A stretch of 64,000 bases of DNA from Lingula anatina (Eukaryota; Animalia; Brachiopoda). Every line of letters begins with the position of its first letter. Positions within the stretch are counted from its first letter, which is position 1. The notes under the pieces were generated by a model, which did no database searches, was not told the DNA's origin, and saw only the letters and a program-made list of their open reading frames with translations. The stretch covers positions 17,670,001 to 17,734,000 of the forward strand of contig CM120640.1 of NCBI GenBank assembly GCA_051362555.1, given 5' to 3'. Positions 25,663-37,342 of the stretch are shown here, piece after piece. Both the position numbers and the translations under genes were made by a program.

Positions 25663-26647
25663 TTTGAAAAATAACATTTTTCCATTCTCTCATTCCATCA
25701 GAAGTGTCTAACTTTTGCTTTAGTCAGCGTCTGGATGAGTACAACATGCAGTAAAACGGGTTCCCTACGACCATGGTCATGATGACGGCAACATTTATAC
25801 AAATATATCATGGATGATTATGATTTTGAATAAAGGGAAAAATCCTGTAAACCTGAAAATATTTTATTCGTCTCACATACCAAGACTCAGACTCATACTC
25901 AGACGGAATGATGGCCAATGTATAGACATACCTGAGCTGAATTTGTATAGTACATAATTAAAAAGAAAACAAAATCTTTTTTGTCCTTTTCTTTTTCCCC
26001 TTTTTTATCATAACAGTAAAATAATAAATTTGTTCCATCAATGTCCCACATTAAAGAAAAATGTTAATTGCGAACATTTTGTCTTACTATGCCACCATTC
26101 AGAATAGGAGACTAACTAGCTCCGAGGCTTAAATGCTAGATCCTTGCAGCGATGGAGCATGTGGAGCGGGGAGACCATTAGGGAATTAGCAGTATCGCTT
26201 TTTAAGTGGAGTTGGCCATATTTAGTCGGTGGATCATCTGTTCTGAGTGCGCTCACATGGGGCAATTTGATAACAGAGGCAAGCTTACAGTATTCTGGAG
26301 CTTACCTTTCATACAGTTAACCCCGAGTTTCAAAGTTTGGAAGAAAACTTGTAACCCCACAGGCATCCGGATAATAGAAAAGTTTTGACCAACCTGTGGT
26401 TCTTAGGGTGTTACTTAAACTTACAAAATCACTGAGAATAAAAGTCTAGTTGTCTCTGAAACTCCGGATGATTGACATGCACTTCTCATGTTATATATCC
26501 ATAGCATCAATACTCTACATTGTTAACATTCATTAATTTCTTAACAAACCCTATGGAATATAAACAACTGTCTGTAATCTCTTATTACTGTAATTGAAGC
26601 AAGTCATCATTGTCTATAGAGATACTTTTATTAGTTATTTATTTATA

Positions 26648-26714
26648 AACATGAACGCTCGGGTACCGCAGTACATCTTTTCAACATGAACGCTCGGGTA
26701 CCGCAGTACATCTT
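26648..26714. repeat. Direct tandem duplication, 32-bp identical copies (period 35)
   Basis: aacatgaacgctcgggtaccgcagtacatctt at 26648-26679 and 26683-26714. Confidence 0.9.
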
Positions 26715-27789
26715 CTCACATAGACAAACATATTTTCTCTCGATAATACTTAATAAATTTTTTAAATGTGAAATGGACCTATGTATGGAGAAACAGTGAG
26801 TGTTCTCGTGGCAGGCGAAGCAAGTCCCGATTTTCAAGCAGGGTCGAGTCAAAGACCACCTCACTGAAAAAACACACAAATGGAGCTATTGTTTGCCTGG
26901 CCATGAAAACATTGATAATAAGCAATTGGCTTATTAACACGTAAGCTCTAGTGTTCGACAATTTAGGTTGATGTGATCGCCAGTATGACGTGAAAGGATG
27001 CCAGTGACCACTCAGACTTATAACAATGTTAAAAGTGTATTAGTGCAGTTTTCAACTGAGGTTTTCGGGGAAAATGTAAACGCATAAATGAGAAAGTCAT
27101 GAAGGGAGGCGTCCGCTATTAATTATTACCTATATTAGTAGACGCTATATATGAAAAATATTCATTTGTTTCTACTGCCTGGCATAAGTAAATCAAGATT
27201 TTTCATTTGACCTACTGCTATTTTCTCTCGTTTCGTAAAAACACAAAAGGCCTAACTTGTTTTTCATTTCTCAGAATAACACGATTACAACATGTATTTC
27301 AAGGTACAGAGGTGGCTGTATATGCTAAGCCCAGAGTACTTTCAATTGATTCACTACAATCAAAACAAACATGTTCCCTGGGACTGCCTTGAAAATGCAG
27401 TCACCTTACAACCTATTACATTATCCACATCTTGGATCAGTGTTCGAATACGCACTTACTATAGTGGCCTGCGAGATGTTCGCGTCTACCTGATCCAGTT
27501 TAACGGACATCGTGTCCATTATAATTATGGGGAGAAGGTATGTTGCTCAGAAATTGTCATCAAAATTACCTGTACATTTCGAAGTCACTATCTAATGCGC
27601 ATTGCTCTTATTAAAATAAAATGATAAATAGAATAATCAAAATAAATGTAGTTAATAAAATGTACATGTTGATCAGATATTAAAATCAATTATGAGCATC
27701 ACTATCAAACGCCACCCCCTATAAACAAGTTGATCATTAGTGACAACTGGAACGCCACCATGTGACTTTACATCACTGAAAGCATAAAA

Positions 27790-27804
27790 GCGCGGGATTT
27801 TGAA
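27790..27804 (+). promoter_or_regulatory. CDE/E2F-CHR-like composite element
   Basis: GCGCG-GGAT-TTTGAA: a GC box, a 4-nt spacer and the CHR consensus TTTGAA, at the start of a CpG-richer segment upstream of the exon array. Confidence 0.4.
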
Positions 27805-27809
27805 ATTGC

Positions 27810-30800
27810 GTTCATTCAACGCAAGCAGATCTGGAGCAACAGGAAGGATGTCATATACTGCGCCCCGTATCAAGCAAAAAAGGACACAGGAGTCAATTCA
27901 CATTTCTCCGAATCTTTTCCTCGTCCCAAGTCAACGCTTCGCTCATCGACGATCACGCAGTTGTCTGGACGGTGGATTCGACGTTTCTCTAAGCTGGCCA
28001 GCTAAAACCTTCGCTTCTCTTCACGAGGAATCGTCGCTCAGGAATCTTCGTAGGATACTCATCGGCTTTCTGCTATTATGGGCTATATTGTTGTAGTGCC
28101 ACAGCACATATTTTCATGCATTCCAGGTTTCTTTTTATTACATACATAGGTAGGAAAAGTAATTAATCCGTTTTTCTTTCTTTTAACAGAACTCGATTAT
28201 GGCGATTCACGATAGAGCTCCCAATGACATCTGCAAGGGGAAAAGAGCGACTTCTACACTTCAGCTACTTCGATCAATCCTTGGTGCCAGTGAGTCCTGC
28301 CATGGTCTGTCTACGAGGTGGCTGCACTGGGGATGTATCCAGTGAGTCCTGCCATGGTCTGTGTCTACGAGATGGCTGCAGTAGGGAAGCGTCCAAGGCA
28401 TATGACAGTGAAACCTCTTAAAGGTAAGCCTGACTGCAGAGTGCTGACATAGGTTAGAAAAGGCATTAATCCATTTTTCTTTCTGTTAACAGGATTCGAT
28501 TATGGCGATTCTCGATGGAGCTACCACTGACAACTCCAAAGGGAAGAGGGCCACATCTACACTTCAGCTCATTCGATCAATCCTTGGTGCAGCGAGTCCT
28601 GCCATATTCTGGGTCTACGAGATGGCTGCAGTTGGGGAGCGTCCAAGGCATATGACAGTGAAACCTCTTAAAGGTAAGCCTGACTGCAGAGTGCTGACAT
28701 TGGTTAGAAAAGGCATTAATCCGTTTTTCTTTTTGTTAACAGGATTCGATTATGGTGATTCTCGATGGAGCTACCACTGACAACTGCAAGGAGAAGAGGG
28801 ACACATCTGCACTTTAGCTACTTCGAGCAATCCTTGGTGCCAGTGAGTCCTGCCATGGTCTGTCTACGAGGTGGCTGCACTGGGGATGTATCCAGCTAGT
28901 CCTGACATGGTCCGTCTACAAGGTGTCCTCACTGGGGCAGCGTCCATGGCATATGAGATGGAAACCTCTTAAAGGTAAGCCTGACTGCAGAGTGCTGACA
29001 TAGGTTGAAAAAGGCATTAATCCGTTTTTCTTTCTGTTAACAGGATTTGATTATGGTGATTCTCGATGGAGCTACCACTGACAACTCCAAAGGGAAGAGG
29101 GCCACATCTACACTTCAGCTCATTCGATCAATCCTTGGTGCAGCGAGTCCTGCCATATTCTGGGTCTACGAGATGGCTGCAGTTGGGGAGCGTCCAAGGC
29201 ATATGACAGTGAAACCTCTTAAAGGTAATCCTGACTGCAGAGTGCTGACATAGGTTAGAAAAGGCATTAATCCGTTTTTCTTTTTGTTAACAGGATTCGA
29301 TTATGGTGATTCTCGATGGAGCTACCACTGACAACTGCAAGGAGAAGAGGGACACATCTGCACTTCAGCTACTTCGAGCAATCCTTGGTGCCAGTAAGTC
29401 CTGCCATGGTCTGTCTACGAGGTGGCTGCACTGGGGATGTATCCAGCTAGTCCTGACATGGTCCGTCTACAAGGTGTCCGCACTGGGGCAGCGTCTAAGG
29501 CATATGAGATGGAAACCTCTTAAAGGTAAGCCTGACTGCAGAGTGCTGACATAGGTTGAAAAAGGCATTAATCCGTTTTTCTTTCTGTTAACAGGATTCG
29601 ATTATGGTGATTCTCGATGGAGCTACCACTGACAACTGCAAGGAGAAGAGGGACACATCTGCACTTCAGCTCATTCGATCAATCCTTGGTGCAGCGAGTC
29701 CTGCCATGTTCTGGGTCTACGAGATGGCTGCAGTAGGGAAGCGTCCAAGGCATATGACAGTGGAACCTCTTAAAGGTAAGCCTGACTACAGAGTGCTGAC
29801 ACAGGTTGGAAAAGTCATTAATTCGTTTTTCTTTCTGTTAACAGGATTCGATTATGGTGATTCTCGATGGAGCTACCACTGACAACTGTAAGGGGAAGAG
29901 GGCCACATCTGCACTTCAGCTACTTCGATCAATCCTTGGTGCCAGTGAGTCCAGCCATGGTCTGTCTACGAGGTGGCTGCACTGGGGATGTATCCAGCTA
30001 GTCCTGACATGGTCTGTCTACAAGGTGTCCGCACTGGGGCAGCGTCCAAGGCATATGAGATGGAAACCTCTTAAAGGTAAGCCTGACTGCAGAGTGCTGA
30101 CATAGGTTGAAAAAGGCATTAATCCGTTTTTCTTTCTGTTAACAGGATTTGCTTATGGTGATTCTCGATGGAGCTACCACTGACAACTCCAAAGGGAAGA
30201 GGGCCACATATACACTTCAGCTCATTCGATCAATCCTTGGTGCAGCGAGTCCTGCCATATTCTGGGTCTACGAGATGGCTGCAGTTGGGGAGCGTCCAAG
30301 GCATATGACAGTGAAACCTCTTAAAGGTAAGCCTGACTGCAGAGTGCTGACATAGGTTAGAAAAGGCATTAATCCGTTTTTCTTTTTGTTAACAGGATTC
30401 GATTATGGTGATTCTCGATGGAGCTACCACTGACAACTGCAAGGAGAAGAGGGACACATCTGCACTTCAGCTACTTCGATCAATCCTTGGTGCCAGTGAG
30501 TCCTGCCATGGTCTGTCTACGAGGTGGCTGCACTGGGGATGTATCCAGTGAGTCCTACCATGGTCTGTCTACGAGGTGGCTGCATTGGGAAAGCGTCCAG
30601 TGAGTCCTGCCATGGTCTGTTTACGAGCCGGATTTGGGGAGCATCGACTAAGTCCAGGAGCTACAACCCCCCTCCAACCTCACCCTCAGTGTAACGGTTG
30701 TGATACTAAAAGGCAATCGTACAGGTGAACTTGTATTTTCATCTGTTTATATTGTTTAGATCGTTAGGCGTTTTCGTGATTCATATGCCTTCCTTCATCC

Positions 30801-31200
30801 CTCTTATTTTCTAGTCACTTTCTTTTTGTAGAATCTAAGCACTCTTCTTAATCATAATGTGGTTTTCTTGTGTTGTATTATGGAAATAAAATAAAATAAA
30901 GTAAAATAAAATAATCATGTAAAGAACCAAAGCATTATGGAATATCAAAATACTTATTAGTGTTAACGGTATGTAAATACCTGTATCATGCATGTTCTTT
31001 GTTGCATTAACTGCAAGATATCAATTGCTTTTGATATTTTGTGAACGTGTTACATTTCATTTGTAGGTTACGGAAGGACAATTTTCCAGAAATAATGCCC
31101 GAACGCAGATAACATCAAACCTAGCCTAAATGTCCAAGATGTGAAACACTATATAGCGCTAGCAACGAGCCTCTGTAGCCACTTTCATTGATGATCGGAC
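27810..31200 (+). ncRNA. Candidate multi-exon repeat-structured lncRNA (ends approximate)
   Basis: Eight 69-nt introns AAAG|gtaagc...tttttctttctgttaacag|G, an upstream intron 28127-28189 and a candidate downstream intron 30725-31066. Internal exons of 181 and 232 nt (both 3n+1) cannot hold a common reading frame. Transcription is inferred, not shown. Confidence 0.5.
28150..30630 (+). repeat. Tandem array with higher-order structure: alternating 250-bp (A) and 301-bp (B) units (551-bp dimer)
   Basis: Near-identical units. Exon-like parts start at 28190, 28493, 28743, 29044, 29294, 29595, 29845, 30146 and 30396. An internal ~51-nt subrepeat occurs once in A, twice in B and three times in the last unit. 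Confidence 0.95.
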
Positions 31201-34200
31201 GTCCTAGCAGTCTTGGTTTTTAAGGACACAGCTTGCCTGCAAAAATTTTTTAGAGAATGTGGAACGGTAATGAAGAGCTATATACTGAATTTAAGAGGAA
31301 TACAATCTAATAATGTACTCGAGTCTTTTGGATGTTGAGAATTTTTGCGGTTCATGGGTCACAGATACGAGTTGGGTGTAATTGTAATTGCATTTAGTAA
31401 GTTTTATTTTTTTTTCACTTATAACAGCGAAACGTTTTATTTCAATAGCTTAAGAAAAAACTGATCGTTCATAATTCCATAAGTGATCAATTGAATAAGA
31501 TAAATTGTGGTTCTGTATGAAAAGCTTGTCTGCCTCTACAGTTATTATAATAATTGTTTAAAAAATAATAAAATTGAATATCCAGTTGCTTTATCCACAT
31601 TCTAAATGCAGATGGTTTTTTGCTCACAAAACATTGGTGTTACCACCACTTATGGTCGGTTGTGTTTATTTCATTCTTAGTGATGTAGTCATTTTTCAAA
31701 TTTGTGCTGTTGATGTGGAATTGTTCGTCAGTATAGCGTTTGAGAAGATCATAATCCGCACACTAATCTCAACTAACCATCGCATCTTTGTAAAATCTGA
31801 CTTCATGTAAATGCTTTTACATGAAGAGGTTTTACATTGACAGCTTGTGCAAAATCTATAATATAATGAAATATATTACGTTTGAGAAAATATTTCATTA
31901 TATTTTTTGTACAGTCTGCTCCTCGTGAGAGATGGCTGGGTGCACACAGTTATCTCTCAAGATAGAACATCACAAATTATTAATATTACTAATATTATGA
32001 TTTTCTCAAGTGTTATAATTGACAAATATGTCCAATTCATCACATATGCACTTTTTTCCTCCGGATCAAAAAATTCGCATTGAAATCTACATAGACGGCC
32101 ATAAAGTGTAGTTTAATGTGAGATCTGAAATATTTCAAAGCAAGCTTGCTTAACTTTTTTAAGATTAAAATTTGTATCATACAGGTAGTTGCGATTGCAG
32201 GGCAAAGTTACATTTGAGAAACTTAGTTTAAACCGAGTTAGATGTCGGTTTAGTTTTAATCGTTGAGGTGTCTGAGTAATAATCATATTACCTGAACTTT
32301 TTTATGCTCATCATTAGAAAGAACTATGTTCAAGTTTTGATGGATGTTTTAAGTTGTAAAAGGGTAGAATCACTTTATGACTTCATCCCCTAGATAAAGT
32401 TAAAATTAGCCTCGGTTTAATTGTGTTAAGTCTCTAGTAAATGTGTCTCAATTGGCTTTAGCATCTCTTTCTGTAGAAATTACTTTGGCAAATACTTGTG
32501 CTTCATCTTGTGTACCAGTATAGAGTATATAGAGAAAAGTTTGTAGTTACGAGAGAAAGTTTATTCAGCTGCACCACGCTGTCTAAAACGGGACGATATT
32601 ATTGAACCGTTAGGCGTCGTGTCAATAAAAGTTATCATGATATAAAGACTGAAGTATTCGGGCGTGGGCACTTTCCCGGCATTCCCCACGAAGGGTTTAG
32701 ACGGGTTTTTCCCCGCGGGCATCGGGTACCAGCTTCCAGCCACAAGAGCAGCATTATCGGACTGTATGCGTTCTGATGTTAGATGATAAAGACAGGAATG
32801 GAAATCTTCAAACTTTCAATCATAGTAACATTTATTGATTAATTTCGTTTACGTAATTCATTGATTATTACTAAGGTACTTTTGATATTGAATGTTGCTG
32901 TATATAAAGATTGAATAAAATTATATTCTCTAATTTTTCTTTTCGTTAAGAGGGAAGGCTTCTACAGATGGCAAAATAATCACCAGACTTGCGAATTGAT
33001 TTTAATGGAGTTGCATGCATGTGCACGCGGCTCGTTTAATTATCATTCGAAATTACATTCTATTCTATCGCCCCTCATCTCACTAAAATTTAAGTTTTGG
33101 CGATTTTTGTCACATTGTCATATTTTTGGCTCTGGAAATAAAACTGCGGTGTTGCGGAACTTTTTTCCCCGGCAATAACTCTAGCCGATACCTAGCCTTT
33201 CCCGAGTCGGATTACAGCCCCTAGAAATTACTAGAATTAACTATCTTATATAAATAAATCGCGCCGTAGATGTACGAACCCGACGCCTCTTTATATTATT
33301 GGACGGGTACGTTAAGGTACTTTTGGCTTAATCTGATATCCTACTTTTACCAATAAAGTGTAGGCCTATGTAAAACTTCTTTTTTTATGATAAGATTTGA
33401 CACATTTATTGGTTATTTCTCACGTGGGTCCTATACCAAGTCAAACCTGTCAGAAAACTGGCCATTCAGTTCAATTTATTTTAGTAATATAGCATGCGAA
33501 GACCCCAACAAGACCCACGTATCGGCTGGTTTATACATGTAGTATAGTAGTATCTGATTTTATGTAATATAAACACGAGCCATTATGACAGTTTAATACA
33601 CATGGTTTTATTTCATTTCCATTTGCTCTTTTGTTTATATCTGTATTGCGTCTTAAAGCATTCTTTTGTCGCAGTTTTGACATTAGACCACATCGTAACA
33701 ATAACAATGCCGGAGTCTGTCACTTAAAACAGCTGGATGATTTCTCTCTGAAATGAATGCAAATATTAAGGTAGTTGGCACTGTTTTCCAAGGAAAAAAG
33801 TGTACACGAGGATAACATGCTAGTTTTATTGCTATGAATTATCACTTTAACCCTGGATTCATGTGTGCGTGTGCGTGTGCGTGCGTGTGTGTGTGTGTGT
33901 GTGTGTGGTTCCTTTACCTGATCATGAGTCGGTCTGAAAAGTTGATATGAGGCCACTTTGTCTTGTCAAAAGTTCGCTACAAGTTGACGTTGCAGGGACA
34001 TGCCCTATGTTCTACCGCTGGGGACTGAAGGCCGTTGTTTTCGTGTCTGTTATGTCTGTGACCGGGAATGGGCGCATGATGCTTGTTTGCATGGAGGCAG
34101 AGTAGCTCTCCCCGCCAGTCATGCATGCAGGGCAAACCGAGGTAAGACAACTGTTCTCATTGGAGACAAAGACTACACAGTGGACAGCAAGACGCACCAC

Positions 34201-35661
34201 GGTTCAAGCCCAAAATCATGGGCGTTGATCGAAGCAGTGCCCTTTTTGCAGTATGCTATGTAGGTATGGATTTTGCCATAGTCTTCTGCCAAATAAGGGA
34301 TACATGTATATCCTAACAAAAATACGATTGGGGTGAATGCTTTATGGAGTGTGTTAGATGAGATCAATTACTGACATGTAGGCATGATGAACGACAGACT
34401 CGTTCAACTGTACTAACACAATGTGCAATTTACTTCTATTTAATTTCCTGGGGCCTTCATGTCGGATCCACAATTGTAAAATCATCTATACAAAAAATAA
34501 CGAGGCACACGCTGATGGACGAGACAAAAATGGCTCCGGATATGCCTGATAGTTAAATATATTATTTGAGTGCACTGTGAACAAAGTTTCTGCATCTCTG
34601 ATATTTACTCTCCTCCCTGTGCTGCTTAGTGGAAACTTCAAAGATTTCATTGGTTTGCAGTGAAACATACTCTTTATTGAGATAACTAAGAATAGGGCTT
34701 GGTTATTTTGATCATCCAACTGGAAACGTCATTATCTTTGTAAACAATCGTGCACATATCAAATTGTTATTTGACCACTCACATTAACATTTCAATAGCA
34801 CGGTATTTAACCTCCAGTATATGATGCTTTTTTCTTATTAAAATTTCATCAATAGAAAAAGCAATCAAAGGTGATCTGCATTTTTCATGAAACGTTTTCC
34901 TTTACATTTACTTGACAGATGTGTTTCGCCTCTTTCGGCTCGCTTTGGTTGCATGTAATGTAATTAAACGTGGTAATTAGCATCACCTTTCTGTGTTTAA
35001 TTAACTATTAACGCTACGCTGTGACAATTTCACACACGTAACGGCATTAGTTATGTATCAGTAAGAGGTAAATAATTAAGATCCATGTTGCAAACGGCTA
35101 TCGTCCTGTATTTATATGTGAACACTCAATTGATCAAGGCTGCAAGATAGATCATTTACGCTGTCATGCACATCAAAATTGTTCTTGCTTGTAAAATCAT
35201 GCTGAACCGGATACAGTCGACCATTTCACGTTACGCTTTCAATAACTGAACCACACTGAAAACTGGGCACCGTTACAGTGTAACTACGCTTACGACAAGT
35301 TAAACATATACGTATAATATATAAAACCATTTCACACTTCATATGGATATGTTTCTCCATTAAGGTGCTTTTTTATTGGACATATGACAACCACCATAGC
35401 CATGGAAGCACGGGAATCGTCATAGTACCACGACAACAGGATGTGGTTTGCTAAGGTAAGAGGCTTATATTTGTAAATTTTTTTTCTCTCATATTCAAAA
35501 ATTGAATACATCTGTCATAACTTGCAGGGCCATAAGGACGAATATCATCAAGAATGAAGGATCGCTCCTGATGAGACAATCGACAATTATAACTGTAGAA
35601 ATCTGATATTATTGTTTCCCTATTCACCCTTCAAAGACTATACGCGTCCACATGAGGAAAA

Positions 35662-35664
<3 letters not shown>

Positions 35665-35741
<77 letters not shown>
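35665..35741. repeat. (TA)n(GA)n microsatellite
   Basis: Directly visible. Confidence 0.95.
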
Positions 35742-35742
<1 letters not shown>

Positions 35743-37273
35743 AACATTTGTACAGCCAACTTGCAAATGGTTGACCTGCATAAACTGAAGCACCTCCACA
35801 TTCTCAAATATATATATTTTTTCAAAGTACCTTTTGATTTCCGCCTGACAACATAAAAGGGATATTTCTAGGAAATTTCAAGTTTATCAACTTCAGAGGC
35901 TTTTGGTAATCAATATTGATCATCAATAAATAGACAATGCATAAGATATCATTTCCTTAAGCCGCCTAAGAGTGTCATTAATAAAATTCATATTTCATGT
36001 GATCTTTAGATATAAGGCATAAAATATGACACATTTACACTTCAATTAACCATAAATCTTCATGTTAAAAAACAATCAAAAAAAAAAAAAAAAAAAAAAA
36101 CATGTACAATATTTCATCTATTCGGTCTTTTAACAATTTTCCATAAACGTTCTTATTATTTAAAAAGCCTTTCATTGTCGTCCTCAAGAAGAAAAAGACG
36201 CATAACAATACCATTTTCCTACCACAAATGTCCATGGTAATGGGATAGCTAAGAGCTTGTATATTTGCTGGTGCTCTCTTGTTCTAAATGAAACTCCATC
36301 TATTGTTTCATTTGCTATATTATTTGCTATGAACATGTGAATTGCACAAGAGAACTCATTAAGAGAGACGATATAGTCAAAAAAACTAAGGATACAGCCA
36401 TCTTTTTATCCACCCTCCGTGATTAAAATTGGAGGAAAACAGAAAAAACAAGAAAGTTAAGATCCTAATATTTTACAAATAATGCATTCATTTCAACGAA
36501 GTTTTCTCTGTACTTCTCCATGGTATTGCTTCTGATATATATACGTTTGAACAGTAGCTTTCGTGATATAATTAACAAATTATGTTCCAAAAACGTAATG
36601 CTGTAACAATGCGTTTTAGAATTTCTCTTGTAATGTTTGGGGGAGCTGATCATTTGGCCTTTTCCACACATGGTATTCAACTGTCACTTTCTTTTTTTCT
36701 ATATCGCCTACTAGGAACATGTTCCCAAGTCTGTAATATGGTGATTTTACCTTTAACCACCATCCGACCGCTATACACTTTCTATGCTAGCCCAATAGTG
36801 ACTTTAGATTGTATTGTACCTAATAGGATAAATTCGATCGAGAATATTTATGAATCCAGACACAAATTGTTCAAAATGTTCTTCTGTGACTTTAATTCTA
36901 TGGAATGTTGTCCCATCCTTATTGGAAATTTAATTATCAACTTTACTGTGTGTGTGCAAGCAGTCTTCAAGGGTACCGTCATCAAAATGACAACAATCCC
37001 CTTCATTGCATTTTTGTATTGATCGCAGCATAGCTGTTTGGACTTTATTCAGCAAAATATGTTATTTAACGTCAGGCTATAGTATAAATCAGTTGTAACG
37101 TTTTGACAACAATAGAATTGACAACTCAAATATGGTCCTATGTAAATTGTTATATTGACATGTACTCAAAGAATTTGTTCCAGTGAGAACGCTTTCGTTT
37201 TTTTAAAAAAAGGTTATACTAGCAAATGACGCTCAATTGTCCGGTCGTTATTTTCTCAGTATAACTTATTGTG

Positions 37274-37277
<4 letters not shown>

Positions 37278-37342
<65 letters not shown>
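37278..37342. repeat. (CT)n(CA)n microsatellite
   Basis: Directly visible. Confidence 0.95.

Noticed and set aside
27800-28096. 98-aa ORF with hydrophobic C-terminus as the coding part of the array transcript
   Set aside because: No recognisable homology, and its stop would lie upstream of about ten introns (an NMD configuration). It cannot be excluded as a micropeptide but is not supportable.
28674-28742. 69-nt introns as mirtrons or snoRNAs
   Set aside because: The intron ends do not pair into a full-length hairpin, and no convincing C/D or H/ACA box arrangement was seen.
28743-29525. Selenoprotein-style UGA read-through making the spliced array coding
   Set aside because: The shifted frame also contains TAA stops (e.g. 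CAG TAA and TCT TAA), so UGA recoding cannot rescue it.
28150-30630. CRISPR array, or hammerhead-ribozyme retrozyme satellite
   Set aside because: There are no unique spacers, no cas genes and the context is eukaryotic. I found no CUGANGA...GAAA hammerhead core on either strand of the unit.
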